Below, in pieces: positions 1 through 12,394 of a DNA stretch of 64,000 nt (positions are counted from its first letter, which is position 1; each line of letters opens with the position of its first letter). The position numbers were made by a program, and so were the translations under genes. The notes beneath the pieces are model-generated. The model ran no database searches and was not told the DNA's origin. It was given only the letters and a program-made list of their open reading frames with translations. Origin of the DNA: Macrostomum hystrix (taxonomy: Eukaryota; Animalia; Platyhelminthes); the NCBI GenBank assembly GCA_950097015.1, contig CATNEN010000038.1, forward strand, positions 3,658,001 to 3,722,000. The letters are read 5' to 3'.

Positions 1-181
1 TGGGTCATTGGTTTTCTGCTGCTTGGGGACATTTGTGCCTTATTGCTCGAGAGACATTGTTTAAATGATTGATGTGTAGTAATATTGTTTTAAGCACTTG
101 AAGTACGAGAAATCTGCGATCAAACTCTGAACCCCCACTGCATTTCCTGCATTCTCCAAGGAGGAGCAGTCAAGAGCCATA

Positions 182-1274
182 ATGCTATTCCTCTTTCGCC
201 GAGGCTCTAGCGCCAGTGAAGCTGCTGCTGAGATGAAGACCGTACTGCACGATGAAGCTCCATCCCTCAGCACTGTGCACAAGTGGTTTGGCCGCTTCAG
301 AGCCGTCCATTTCGATTTGGTTGACGAGCCAAGAGAAGGTCGTCCAAGAACATCAACGGACTCCTTGAATGTGGCTGCTGTGCAGTCTGCTCTGAACAAC
401 GATGCAAGACTGACCATCAAGAGGATGGAGGAGAGTCTAGGCACTGATGCTACATCGATCTGGAGGATTCTGCACGAAGAAAGCTGCCAAATGGGTGCCA
501 CGAATCCTCTCGCCAGAACAGAAGCAGCAGAGGATCGAATTCTGCAGGAATTTCCTCGAACAATTCAAAGATGGAGAATCAGCGAACTTCCAGAACATCG
601 TCACAGGTGATGAAGCCTGGTTCCATCAGTACGACCCGTCAACTAAATCACAGTCGATGGTTTAGTCTCTGAAAGGAGCCCCATCTCCCCAAAAGGCGAA
701 GCGGGTGAGGTCAGCTGGGAAAATCATGTTCGCGATTTTCTTCTCTCCCAGAGGCATTGTGGCCTCGGTGCCAGTTGAGCAAGGCCGCACTGTGACCTCT
801 GATTGGTACGTACGTGACCAACTGCTTGCCCGCTGTGTTCAATTCCATCGCAGCTGGTCGCGGCAAAGCGGAGCTACGCCGCCACTTCCTGCATCACGAC
901 AACGCACCTGCGCACACAGCACACAACACAGTGCAGTACATTCAGGCTTCTGGGATCAAGCTGGTGAGCGCTCCGCCTTATTCACCGGATCTGGCATCGT
1001 GCGATTTCTGGTTATTCCCGAAATTCAAGCAGCCGCTGCATGGAAAGTTGTTTGAGACTCGTGATGAGTTGATTTCCGCTGTGAATGAGCAGCTCAACTC
1101 CATTGAAAAAGATGATTTTAGGGGTTGCTTTGATAGCTGGCTGCAGCACATGCGAAACCGGTGGCGATTATGTTGAATGATCAGATTGAGATGCTGATTC
1201 ATGTGACGCAACCCGCTTTTTAATATCTGCTTGCTTTCTATCATTTTCTACGAACTTTTGAAGGACCCCTCGTA
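182..1274 (+). mobile_element. Decayed Tc1/mariner (DD34D) transposon; transposase pseudogene with right TIR
   Basis: Split ORFs give an HTH region, WVPRIL, IVTGDEAW, HHDNAPAH and YSPDLASCD, with 34 residues between the 2nd and 3rd Asp. There are frameshifts near 480 and 810 and a stop at 663. It ends ...AACTTTTGAAGGACCCCTCG|TA at 1272-1274. The left TIR is not seen in the window. Confidence 0.92.
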
Positions 1275-2696
1275 TATGCATCATTATCTAAAAATCTGAA
1301 TATAGATTATGACAGTCATTATTTTTTCTGTGATGCTTTTTCATTTCTATCTTTCGATCATTTATGGAAATTCTTCATTTCTTTCATTTCTGTATTTTTA
1401 CTGCTTTACTGTTTTTTACATGTAAAAAGTAAATTTACTAATTGCGCCCCCCAGGGGGGCTTAGTATGCCAGTAATTGTCGATTACACAAACAGGCGACA
1501 AGTTAAAATTATAGTCTATGAGCGCGCGAACAAATGTGAAAATATGCAGTTGGTTGCGTCCTATTAATTTGACTCTGATCCTTGTTGTCTCTGTTAGAAT
1601 CTTGAGTTTCTGCTTTTCGTTCCATTTAGGCTGACAACATAGTCTATGGCTTTCATTCTCGGATCCACTGCGACACTGGGCCATAGAATTCAATTCTATG
1701 GGCCGTTCAGGCTTTGCATTCCCGCTTGGCAAGACAAAAACAATGAGAAGTACATGTAGTAGACTCATTACAGTTGTAGACAGTACTTGTAACAACTTAA
1801 GAATCTAAAAGCGTCAGGGACAAGATGCTTATATTCAGAGGTCCTTGGACAAGCCCTTAACGCCGATAGTCAAATGTATTAACAGTAGAACTACCAAGGG
1901 AGGGAATCCCCCTGACCATTTTTGTGCTGCACCCGAACGGAGCAATGCAAGCACGCGAAACTTAAGAACACGGGCCAACTTTTTGTGGCGCATCTTCTGA
2001 AACAAGAAACAAGTCGCCAGCTCTTCAGACCTTCAAGATAATCAATGTTTCTGGCCGAAGGTCTGATTTTTCCCATAAGCGCTAGTGTACTTCATACACC
2101 CCTTATACACGAATTTGCATTGCGCCTCAGTGCGGCCTTGCCAGGCCTTCCAAATTTATCAGCATGTCACCCGAATGCGCCTGCATCATCTCCGTCTTTG
2201 GTGGTCACTGAACTTTATCTAGACGGACTGGTGGACCTTTCAGGGCTAGAACAGGTGGAACTAGGCCACTATGGACACCCTGACGTGAATGTCTCCGATT
2301 TCACTGATCAAGCCTAAATATTACGCACAGCTCAACCAGTCTGTCAACCAATCAGTCACCAACCAACAAGGTTAGCATTCAGGCGCTGCCAAAAAATGTC
2401 AGGGGGATTTCCCCCTTTGGTATAAAAACGGGCGGCAAAATGGCCTGGAAGTTCTACTGTTTACCAAGAAATAAGGAGGGGGCCGAATGGTAAATGGAGT
2501 AAGGCCAGGGGGCAGGAGCTGACAAGGAGGGGGTGAGGAACAGCTAGCCAATCAGAGGCGACAGAGAGGAGAGAAGTGGAGGTTAGCAAACAAGTTGAAC
2601 AGACAGGGAGAGAGGAGAAAGTACAATAAGAGGGTACGCGAGGGTAAACAAACACGGAAAGGAAAATAACAGGCGTGCATCTGCCCACCAACTCAC

Positions 2697-2799
2697 AGTT
2701 TGAGTACTTGCTCCACAAGTAGTAGGCGCCGCACGCACCGCCAGCCAGGATGTTGAAACGCAGAATATTACCAAAGGTGGATTTGCCGCTTTTAAACAT
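2697..2799 (-). pseudogene. Orphan copy of COA1-like exon 1
   Basis: MFKSGKSTFGNILRFNILAGGACGAYYLWSKYSN followed by a GTGAGT donor, as at 60346-60244. No exon 2 copy is seen between 1 and 2020; one could lie outside the window. Confidence 0.6.
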
Positions 2800-3156
2800 C
2801 TTTGCAATCGCAGTGGATAGTACTGAAAGCCAGATCGGTTGCTAAGCTAGTTTAATTAAATTTTCGAATGCTAGTTCCAGTTGCTATGGGAGTAGGCTGA
2901 GACATGGCTATACCATACCGCGTCCAAGACTAACTTTCCAGTCTTCTCTCCAGTGTCTCATCCATCAAGCGTTTCTTCTCGCTTGTTCTTCTTCTCTCGT
3001 CTCCCCAAATCTCATCCCCCATGTCTTACCTCCCCATGTCTTACCTCCCCATGTCTTACCTCCCCATGTCTTATCGTCCCATGTCTTACCTCTCCATGTC
3101 TTACCTCCCCATGTCTTACCTCCCCATGTCTTACCTCCCCATGTCTTATCGTCCCA

Positions 3157-4158
3157 CAGGGACAACTAAAACCCTCGGGACGCGAAACGAGCCAATTCAT
3201 GGCAAAAAATCTGAGGGGCTCGCTTAAAAGTAATGTTCTATGGCTTTTTCGAGTCTTCTCTGCTATCAAGCAAATTAAAATTACTTTAGCTGCGGCCAGC
3301 AGTGAAGCTAAGCTGAACTATATCAAGAGAAGCATTTTTTATTCACTTGATGAAATGCCAAGAAAGTGCAGCGTATTTCCGTGCTCGTCAAATTACAACT
3401 CTGAAGCCGTTCGAGCACGGATATTTGCGTTTCCCAGAGATCCACAGGAGCGAGAGCGATGGAGAAAGGCGCTGCCAAATATTCTCCAGGTAAGAAACCA
3501 GATCATTTGCTGTCATTACTGCTGCATAATTCCGCTTCAATTCTGCATGCCAGTCTCGTCCAAACAACTTGAAACCCAAAATGTATAATTTTAGAGAGTG
3601 ACTGACAATATGGGCGTGTGCGTAAAGCATTGGCCAAGCGATGCTCCAATGGTCAAGAAAAACTCTACCGAAAGGCCAATTAATCCTCCTTCTGTTTTTA
3701 ATGGAGTTCCTAGCTCGTGTTTTGTTCAGAACCAAGGTACGAAACTTAAAGATTGCTCAACACTTATCGTCTATATCGATTTTGCCGCTCACAATTATCT
3801 TACTTTTATTTTTACTCTTTTTTTAGACCAGGACCGACAGGCCGAAAAGCGCGGTGTTCTTTCTGACGCGAGGTGCGGCGACATCGATGAGATGGACGCT
3901 TTTCAGCTGCTTGATTTTTTGCCGGCATGGGAAAGTTTTCGAGCTGAGGTGAAAAATTCGGATGTCGTATCTCGACATGCACTGAACACAGCTATTTTGA
4001 ACGAAGACGTTTACTTGTTTACGTTAGATAAAGATGGAGACCTGCCTGATAGCAGAGAAGGCTCGAAAAAGCCATAGAACAATACTTTTAAGCGAGCCCC
4101 TCAGATTTTTTGCCATGAATTGGCTCGTTTCGCGTCCCGAGGGTTTTAGTTGTCCCTG
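3157..4158 (+). mobile_element. Internally deleted P-superfamily DNA transposon (THAP-only)
   Basis: About 110-bp TIRs (CAGGGACAACTAAAACCCTCGGG... / ...CCCGAGGGTTTTAGTTGTCCCTG), a perfect 8-bp TSD TCGTCCCA (3149-3156, 4159-4166) and a THAP domain inside. Confidence 0.92.
3355..4077 (+). CDS. Spliced THAP zinc-finger protein, ~175 aa (exons 3355-3489, 3595-3736, 3827-4077)
   Basis: MPRKCSVFPC...FAFP...RW...ILQ|RVTDNMGVCVKHW gives a C2CH THAP signature once the GT-AG intron 3490-3594 is removed. The second GT-AG intron 3737-3826 is in frame. The stop lies inside the right TIR. Confidence 0.78.
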
Positions 4159-5132
4159 TCGTCCCATGTCTTACCTCCCCATGTCTTATCGTCCCATGTC
4201 TTACCTCCCCATGTCTTACCTCTTCATGTCTTACCTCCCCATGTCTTACCTCTTCATGTCTTACCTCCCCATGTCTTACCTCCCCTTGTCTTACCTCCCC
4301 ATGTCCTATCTCTGCCATGTTATCGAGTTTCTGTGACTTTACTAACTATAGTCTCTCTGATTATGAGCTAGAAAATGAGAGTAATTGGAATGTCTTTACT
4401 CTCTAAAATAATTAAGCAAAAACATTTGATAAGGTGACAAGCGGCTCGTGTGTATATTTGAGTAAAAGATCTCACTAAATAATAAAAAACTACAGTTGTG
4501 TGTTTTTCAGCTGTTAAATAAGCGAAACAACTAAAGCGCCCAGCATGAAGGCATTGCACAACAAGCAATTAATACGCGAATTAAAATGGATGCCTATATA
4601 TTATAGCAATGAGAAATTCATAAAACTCATAATTAATCACAAGAGCACAAGTGATTTATCTTCAATTTTTTGAATTGGAGTTTAGAAATCAGAAAATATT
4701 ATTATGAACAAACATTTTCGCACAAAACAGTTAGTTGATTACAAAAAACACTTAGATTAAATGTGAAACTACTTTTAGTAGACAAGTCTGCGATTGTGAT
4801 GATTAAAAAAGTGCAAACAAAATTGCCGTTAGCTGACAAAAATCAAGCTGTATTTACAAAACTATTATAGCAGCATTTATTTTAAGTGCATTGAAAATTG
4901 GCATGCGATTGCATAGCAAAACAGATTCAGCATGGCTGTTCAGAAATGTGTTTGTGGCGTTAGGACAATGACTCGAAAAAAATTACTTTTCTTACAAAAC
5001 TAAAAAAATGTTAATTTTTCACCAAAAGATAGTAGATAATTAAGAATTAGCAGCATTCATAAAGTAAAAAATGTTAAAAAGGACGAAATATCATTGTTAA
5101 GTTAGAATTATTGTTAAAAAAGTCGACACAAC

Positions 5133-5756
5133 TTAATAATAGACGGGCCGGTCTCGGGTGTTGCAACCGTCAGGAATTTCTTCGTAAACTGGATAGAAAT
5201 TGCCCGTGCCGAATTGCTGCTGATGCTGCTGCTGATGCTGTTGCTGATACTGCTGCTGATGCTGCTGCTGATGCTGCTGCTGATGCTGTTGCTGATACTG
5301 CTGCTGATGCTGCTGCTGATGCTGTTGCTGCTGCTGATGCTGCTGCTGATGCTGATGCTGCTGCTGATGCTGTTGCGGCGGCAGCGGCTGCAGCAGCCTT
5401 GACTGGCACGAGGGACTGCTGGTGCCGTTGCCATAGACACCGACACCCGCTGGCTGCTGCTGCTGCTGCATTGCTTGAACCGGCGGCGGCGGTCGCGGCG
5501 GCGGCTGCTGCGGCTGATAAAGAAAAGTTGGCGGATCAGCCAGCACAGTGAAGATGGAGAAGTCGGTGAAGGCGGTGCCGTCGGGCAGATCGTGGGGAGC
5601 CGAGCCGTTGGCGAACATCCCCGTGGGATATTTGTAGCCGCCAGAGGTCCCACCGCCGGTGGCGGCAGCGGCGGCCGAATGTCGGCGATCATAAGACGAA
5701 TCGTCGGTGTCGTCCGTGGAGCGCAGAGCGGCTTCTTCAAAGGTGATGACACCGAT
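5133..5756 (-). CDS. Probable terminal exon encoding a Pro/Gln/His-rich low-complexity C-terminus
   Basis: Acceptor CTGCACAG|ATC at 5757, then an open frame IGVITFEEAALRS...polyQ...YPVYEEIPDGCNTRDRPVYY*, followed by an AT-rich 3' flank. The parent gene is not identifiable. Confidence 0.55.
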   Translation of the reverse strand: MGVITFEEAALRSTDDTDDSSYDRRHSAAAAATGGGTSGGYKYPTGMFANGSAPHDLPDGTAFTDFSIFTVLADPPTFLYQPQQPPPRPPPPVQAMQQQQQPAGVGVYGNGTSSPSCQSRLLQPLPPQQHQQQHQHQQQHQQQQQHQQQHQQQYQQQHQQQHQQQHQQQYQQQHQQQHQQQFGTGNFYPVYEEIPDGCNTRDRPVYY

Positions 5757-5845
5757 CTGTGCAGTAGGATTTGGTAAATCGGTGTAGCTAAAGAGATTGG
5801 ATTATACAATTATCAGAGTTGTTCGAGACGGATCGGACGGAAACG

Positions 5846-8800
5846 ATTAATTAGAGATCGGATTAGCATACAGAAGAGATTAATTAGAGATCGGATTATC
5901 AGACAGAAGGGATTAATTAGAGATCGGATTAGCATATAGAAGGGATTAATTAGAGATCGGATTAGCATACAGAAGGGATTAAGTACAGATCGGATTAGCA
6001 TACAGAAGGGATTAATTAGAGATCGGATTAGCATACAGAAGGGATTAATTAGAGATCGGATTAGCATATAGAAGAAATTAATTAGAGATCGGATTAGCAT
6101 ACAGAAGGGATTAATTAGAGATCGGATAAGCATACAGAAGAAATTAATTAGAGATCGGATTAGCATATAGAAGGGATTTATTAGAGATCGGATTAGCATA
6201 TAGAAGGGATTAATTAGAGATCGGATTAGCATACAGAAGAGATTAATTAGAGATCGGATTATCAGACAGAAGGGATTAATTAGAGATCGGATTAGCATAT
6301 AGAAGGGATTAATTAGAGATCGGATTAGCATACAGAAGGGATTAAGTACAGATCGGATTAGCATACAGAAGGGATTAATTAGAGATCGGATTAGCATACA
6401 GAAGGGATTAATTAGAGATCGGATTAGCATATAGAAGAAATTAATTAGAGATCGGATTAGCATACAGAAGGGATTAATTAGAGATCGGATAAGCATACAG
6501 AAGAAATTAATTAGAGATCGGATTAGCATATAGAAGGGATTTATTAGAGATCGGATTAGCATATAGAAGGGATTAATTAGAGATCGGGTTAGCATACAGA
6601 AGGGATTAATTAGAGATACAATTAGCATACAGAAGGGATTAATTAGAGATCGGATTAGCATACAGAAGGGATTAATTAGAGATCGGATTAGCCTACTGAT
6701 GGGATTAATTAGAGATCGGATTATCAGACAGAAGGGATTAATTAGAGATCGGATTAGCATACAGAAGAGATTAATTAGAGATCGGATTATCAGACAGAAG
6801 GGATTAATTAGAGATCGGGTTAGCATATAGAAGAAATTAATTAGAGATCGGATTAACATATAGAAGGGATTAATTAGAGATCGGATTAGCATACAGAAGG
6901 GATTAATTAGAGATCGGATTAGCATACAGAAGGGATTAATTAGAGATCGGATTAGCATACAGAAGAGATTAATTAGAGATCGGATTATCAGACAGAAGGG
7001 ATTAATTAGAGATCGGATTAGCATATAGAAGGGATTAATTAGAGATCGGATTAACATATAGAAGGGATTAATTAGAGATCGGATTAGCATACAGAAGGGA
7101 TTAATTAGAGATCGGATTAGCATATAGAAGAAATTAATTAGAGATCGGATTAGAATACAGAAGGGATTAATTAGAGATCGGATTAGCATACAGAAGGGAT
7201 TAATTAGAGATCGGATTATCAGACAGAAGGGATTAATTAGAGATCGGATTAGCATATAGAAGGGATTAATTAGAGATCGGATTAGCATATAGAAGAAATT
7301 AATTAGAGATCGGATTAGCATACAGAAGGGATTAATTAGAGATCGGGTTAGCATACAGAAGGGATTAATTAGAGATCGGATTAGCATATAGAAGGGATTA
7401 ATTAGAGATCGGATTAGCATACAGAAGAGATTAATTAGAGATCGGATTATCAGACAGAAGGGATTAATTAGAGATCGGATTAGCATATAGAAGGGATTAA
7501 TTAGAGATCGGATTAGCATATAGAAGAAATTAATTAGAGATCGGATTAGCATACAGAAGGGATTAATTAGAGATCGGGTTAGCATACAGAAGGGATTAAT
7601 TAGAGATCGGATTAGCATACAGAAGGGATTAATTAGAGATCGGATTAGCATATAGAAGAAATTAATTAGAGATCGGATTAGCATACAGAAGGGATTAATT
7701 AGAGATCGGATTAGCATACAGAAGGGATTAATTAGAGATCGGATTAGCATACAGAAGAGATTAATTAGAGATCGGATTATCAGACAGAAGGGATTAATTA
7801 GAGATCGGGTTAGCATACAGAAGGGATTAATTAGAGATCGGATTAGCATATAGAAGGGATTAATTAGAGATCGGATTAGCATACAGAAGGGATTAATTAG
7901 TGATCGGATTAGCATATAGAAGAAATTAATTAGAGATCGGGTTAGCATACAGAAGGGATTTATTAGAGATCGGATTAGCATACAGAAGGGATTAATTAGA
8001 GATCGGATTAGCATACAGAAGGGATTAATTAGAGATCGGATTAGCATACAGAAGGGATTAATTAGAGATCGGATTAGCATACAGAAGGGATTAATTAGAG
8101 ATCGGATTAGCATATAGAAGGGATTAATTAGAGATCGGATTAGCATATAGAAGGGATTAATTAGAGATCGGATTAGCATACAGAAGGGATTAATTAGAGA
8201 TCGGATTAGCATACAGAAGGGATTTATTAGAGATCGGATTAGCATACAGAAGGGATAAATTAGAGATCGGATTAGCATACAGAAGGGATTAATTAGAGAT
8301 CGGATTAGCATACAGAAGGGATTAATTAGAGATCGGATTAGCATACAGAAGGGATTTATTAGAGATCGGATTAGCATACAGAAGGGATTAATTAGAGATC
8401 GGGTTAGCATACAGAAGGGATTAATTAGAGATCGGGTTAGCATACAGAAGGGATTAATTAGAGATCGGATTATCAGACAGAAGGGATTAATTAGAGATCG
8501 GGTTAGCATACAGAAGGGATTAATTAGAGATCGGGTTAGCATACAGAAGGGATTAATTAGAGATCGGATTAGCAGACAGAAGGGATTAATTAGAGATCGG
8601 ATTATCAGACAGAAGGGATTAATTAGAGATCGGATTATCAGACAGAAGGGATTAATTAGAGATCGGGTTAGCATACAGAAGGGATTTATTAGAGATCGGA
8701 TTAGCATACAGAAGGGATTAATTAGAGATCGGGTTAGCATACAGAAGGGATAAAATTAGAGATCGGGTTAGCAGACAGAAGGGATTTATTAGAGATCGGA

Positions 8801-9688
8801 TTAGCATACAGAAGGGATTAATTAGAGATCGGATTAGCATATAGAAGGGATTAATTAGAGATCGGATTAGCATACAGAAGGGATTAATTAGAGATCGGAT
8901 TAGCATACAGAAGGGATTAATTAGAGATCGGATTAGCCTACAGAAGGGATTAATTAGAGATCGGATTAGCATACAGAAGGGATTAATTAGAGATCGGATT
9001 AGCATACAGAAGGGATTTATTAGAGATCGGATTAGCATACAGAAGGGATTAATTAGAGATCGGGTTAGCATACAGAAGGGATTAATTAGAGATCGGGTTA
9101 GCATACAGAAGGGATTAATTAGAGATCGGATTAGCAGACAGAAGGGATTAATTAGAGATCGGATTATCAGACAGAAGGGATTAATTAGAGATCGGATAAG
9201 CATACAGAAGAAATTAATTAGAGATCGGATTAGCATATAGAAGGGATTTATTAGAGATCGGATTAGCATATAGAAGGGATTAATTAGAGATCGGATTAGC
9301 ATACAGAAGGGATTAATTAGAGATCGGGTTAGCAGACAGAAGGGATTTATTAGAGATCGGATTAGCATACAGAAGGGATTAATTAGAGATCGGATTAGCA
9401 TATAGAAGGGATTAATTAGAGATCGGATTAGCATACAGAAGGGATTAATTAGAGATCGGGTTAGCATACAGAAGGGATTAATTAGAGATCGGATTAGCCT
9501 ACAGAAGGGATTAATTAGAGATCGGATTAGCATACAGAAGGGATTAATTAGAGATCGGATTAGCATACAGAAGGGATTTATTAGAGATCGGATTAGCATA
9601 CAGAAGGGATTAATTAGAGATCGGATTAGCATACAGAAGGGATTTATTAGAGATCGGATTAGCATACAGAAGGGATCAATTAGAGACC
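5846..9688. repeat. 33-bp satellite (ATTAATTAGAGATCGGATTAGCATACAGAAGGG), ~115 copies
   Basis: Direct tandem repeat. Confidence 0.97.
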
Positions 9689-10281
9689 GTCCAATTTCAG
9701 CATCATTGAGATATTCAGCGATTCTGTCAAGGCCGTCCAATGTCAGCATCATTGAGGTATTCAGCGATTCTGTCAAGGCCGTCCAATGTCAGCATCATTG
9801 AGGTATTCAGCGATTCTGTCAAGGCCGTCCAATGTCAGCATCATTGAGGTATTCAGCGATTCTGTCGAGGCTGTCCAATGTCAGCATCATTGAGGTATTC
9901 AGCGATTCTGTCGAGGCCGTCCAATGTCAGCATCATTGAGGTATTCAGCGATTCTGTCGAGGCTGTCCAATGTCAGCATCATTGAGGTATTCAGCGATTC
10001 TGTCGAGGCCGTCCAATGTCAGCATCATTGAGGTATTCAGCGATTCTGTCAAGGCCGTCCAATGTCAGCATCATTGAGGTATTCAGCGATTCTGTCAAGG
10101 CCGTCCAATGTCAGCATCATTGAGGTATTCAGCGATTCTGTCAAGGCCGTCCAATGTCAGCATCATTGAGGTATTCAGCGATTCTGTCAAGGCCGTCCAA
10201 TGTCAGCATCATTGAGGTATTCAGCGATTCTGTCGAGGCCGTCCAATGTCAGCATCATTGAGGTATTCAGCGATTCTGTCG
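9688..10281. repeat. 46-bp tandem repeat (GGCCGTCCAATGTCAGCATCATTGAGGTATTCAGCGATTCTGTCAA), ~13 copies
   Basis: Period 46 (e.g. 9731, 9777). Confidence 0.96.
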
Positions 10282-10851
10282 AACACCCTGTTGCCAAGGA
10301 CAACTGACATTGCTCTCTATAAACCTGTATGGGCTATGTTATTATGGTATCTATAATAACAATAAATATATAATAATGCCCTTCGTATAATAAATAATGA
10401 CATAATAACTGCAATATAAAGAAACAAAAGTAAAGAAACGACATCGTTACATGATAAAATGTATGCCTATATTGGTGGCTTATTTGAAATTCTCGACAAT
10501 GCCGATGTTTTGTGATTCCATAGAAGTTGTTTCAACGGAACGAGCGGAACAGTTTCATGGCGACAGGATGAATATTTTAAGAGATACAGAAAAATGTTGG
10601 TGTTTGAAATACCCCGTGGTAATAGGTTGCCACAACTTCGGCTTGCATTAGCATCTTTCGGAGCTCAGTCACAGCTGATGCAATTTAAAGATGAAGATGA
10701 CAGTTAACCTAGTTGGGCTAGTTTTGTAACCCAGTGGCACTGCGACATTCTGTTATTTGCATGTGATTTTGTGTTAACCCGGGTCTTAATTTATCCTGAA
10801 TTTTATAGCTGAATTATAACTTATAATGACTGCAGCAGGAATATAGGAATA

Positions 10852-12370
10852 TGCGACAGAATGTGGGAAGATGGGACAGAATGTGGCAAGATGGGACAGA
10901 ATGTGGGAAGATGGGACAGAATGTGGCAAGATGGGACAGAATGTGCGAAGATGGGACCAGAATGTGGGAATATGCGACAGAATGTGGGAAGATGGGACAG
11001 AATGTGGCAGGATGGGACAGAATGTGGCAAGATGGGACAGAATGTGGCAAGATGGGACAGAATGTGGGAAGATGGGACAGAATGTGGGAAGCTGGGACAG
11101 AATGTGCGAAGATGGGACAGAATGTGGGAAGATGGGACAGAATGTGGCAAGATGGGACAGAATATGGGAAGATGGGACAGAATGTGGGAAGATGGGACAG
11201 AATGTGGGAAGATGGGACAGAATGTGGCAAGATGGGACAGAATGTGGCAAGATGGGACAGAATGTGGCAAGATGGGACAGAATGTGGCAAGATGGGACAG
11301 AATGTGGCAAGATGGGACAGAATGTGGGAAGATGGGACAGAATGTGGGAAGCTGGGACAGAATGTGCGAAGATGGGACAGAATGTGGGAAGATGGGACAG
11401 AATGTGGCAAGATGGGACAGAATATGGGAAGATGGGACAGAATATGGGAAGATGGGACAGAATGTGGGAAGATGGGACAGAATGTGGCAAGATGGGACAG
11501 AATGTGGCAAGATGGGACAGAATGTGGCAAGATGGGACAGAATGTGGCAAGATGGGACAGAATGTGGGAAGATGGGACAGAATGTGGGAAGCTGGGACAG
11601 AATGTGCGAAGATGGGACAGAATGTGGGAAGATGGGACAGAATGTGGCAAGATGGGACAGAATATGGGAAGATGGGACAGAATGTGGGAAGATGGGACAG
11701 AATGTGGCAAGATGGGACAGAATGTGGGAAGATGGGACAGAATGTGGCAAGATGGGACAGAATGTGGCAAGATGGGACAGAATGTGGGAAGATGGGACAG
11801 AATATGGCAAGATGGGACAGAATGTGGCAAGATGGGACAGAATGTGGCAAGATGGGACAGAATGTGGGAAGATGGGACAGAATATGGCAAGATGGGACAG
11901 AATGTGGGAAGATGGGACAGAATATGGCAAGATGGGACAGAATGTGGCAAGATAGGACAGAATATGGGAAGATGGGACAGAATATGGCAAGATGGGACAG
12001 AATGTGGCAAGATGGGACAGAATGTGGCAAGATGGGACAGAATGTGGGAAGCTGGGACAGAATGTGCGAAGATGGGACAGAATGTGCGAAGATGGGACAG
12101 AATGTGCGAAGATGGGACAGAATGTGCGAAGATGGGACAGAATGTGGGAAGATGGGACAGAATGTGGGAAGATGGGACAGAATGTGGCAAGATGGGACAG
12201 AATGTGGGAAGATGGGACAGAATGTGGCAAGATGGGACAGAATGTGGGAAGATGCGACAGAATGTGGGAAGATGGGACAGAATGTGGCAAGATGGGACAG
12301 AATGTGGGAAGATGCGACAGAATGTGGGAAGATGGGACAGAATGTGGGAAGATGGGACAGAATGTGGCAA
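10852..12370. repeat. 20-bp satellite (AATGTGGGAAGATGGGACAG), ~75 copies
   Basis: Direct tandem repeat; a shorter copy with the same ~120-bp left flank lies at 16965-17290. Confidence 0.97.
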
Positions 12371-12394
12371 ATCTCCAAGTCTCCCCAAATCTCA

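Larger units (their letters stand above)
3016..4310. repeat. 15-bp minisatellite (CCCCATGTCTTACCT)n interrupted by a transposon
   Basis: Direct tandem repeat on both sides of 3157-4158. Confidence 0.95.
2021..4500. repeat. Segmental duplicate of 59569-61715 (COA1-like exon 1, upstream region, 15-bp minisatellite and flank)
   Basis: Near-identical from CTCTTCAGACCTTCAAGATAATC onward; ORFs 2045/59593 and 2461/60002 are almost identical. Confidence 0.93.

Noticed and set aside
1406-1795. 129-aa ORF with a signal-peptide-like start
   Set aside because: Non-ATG start, no recognisable domain and no splice support.
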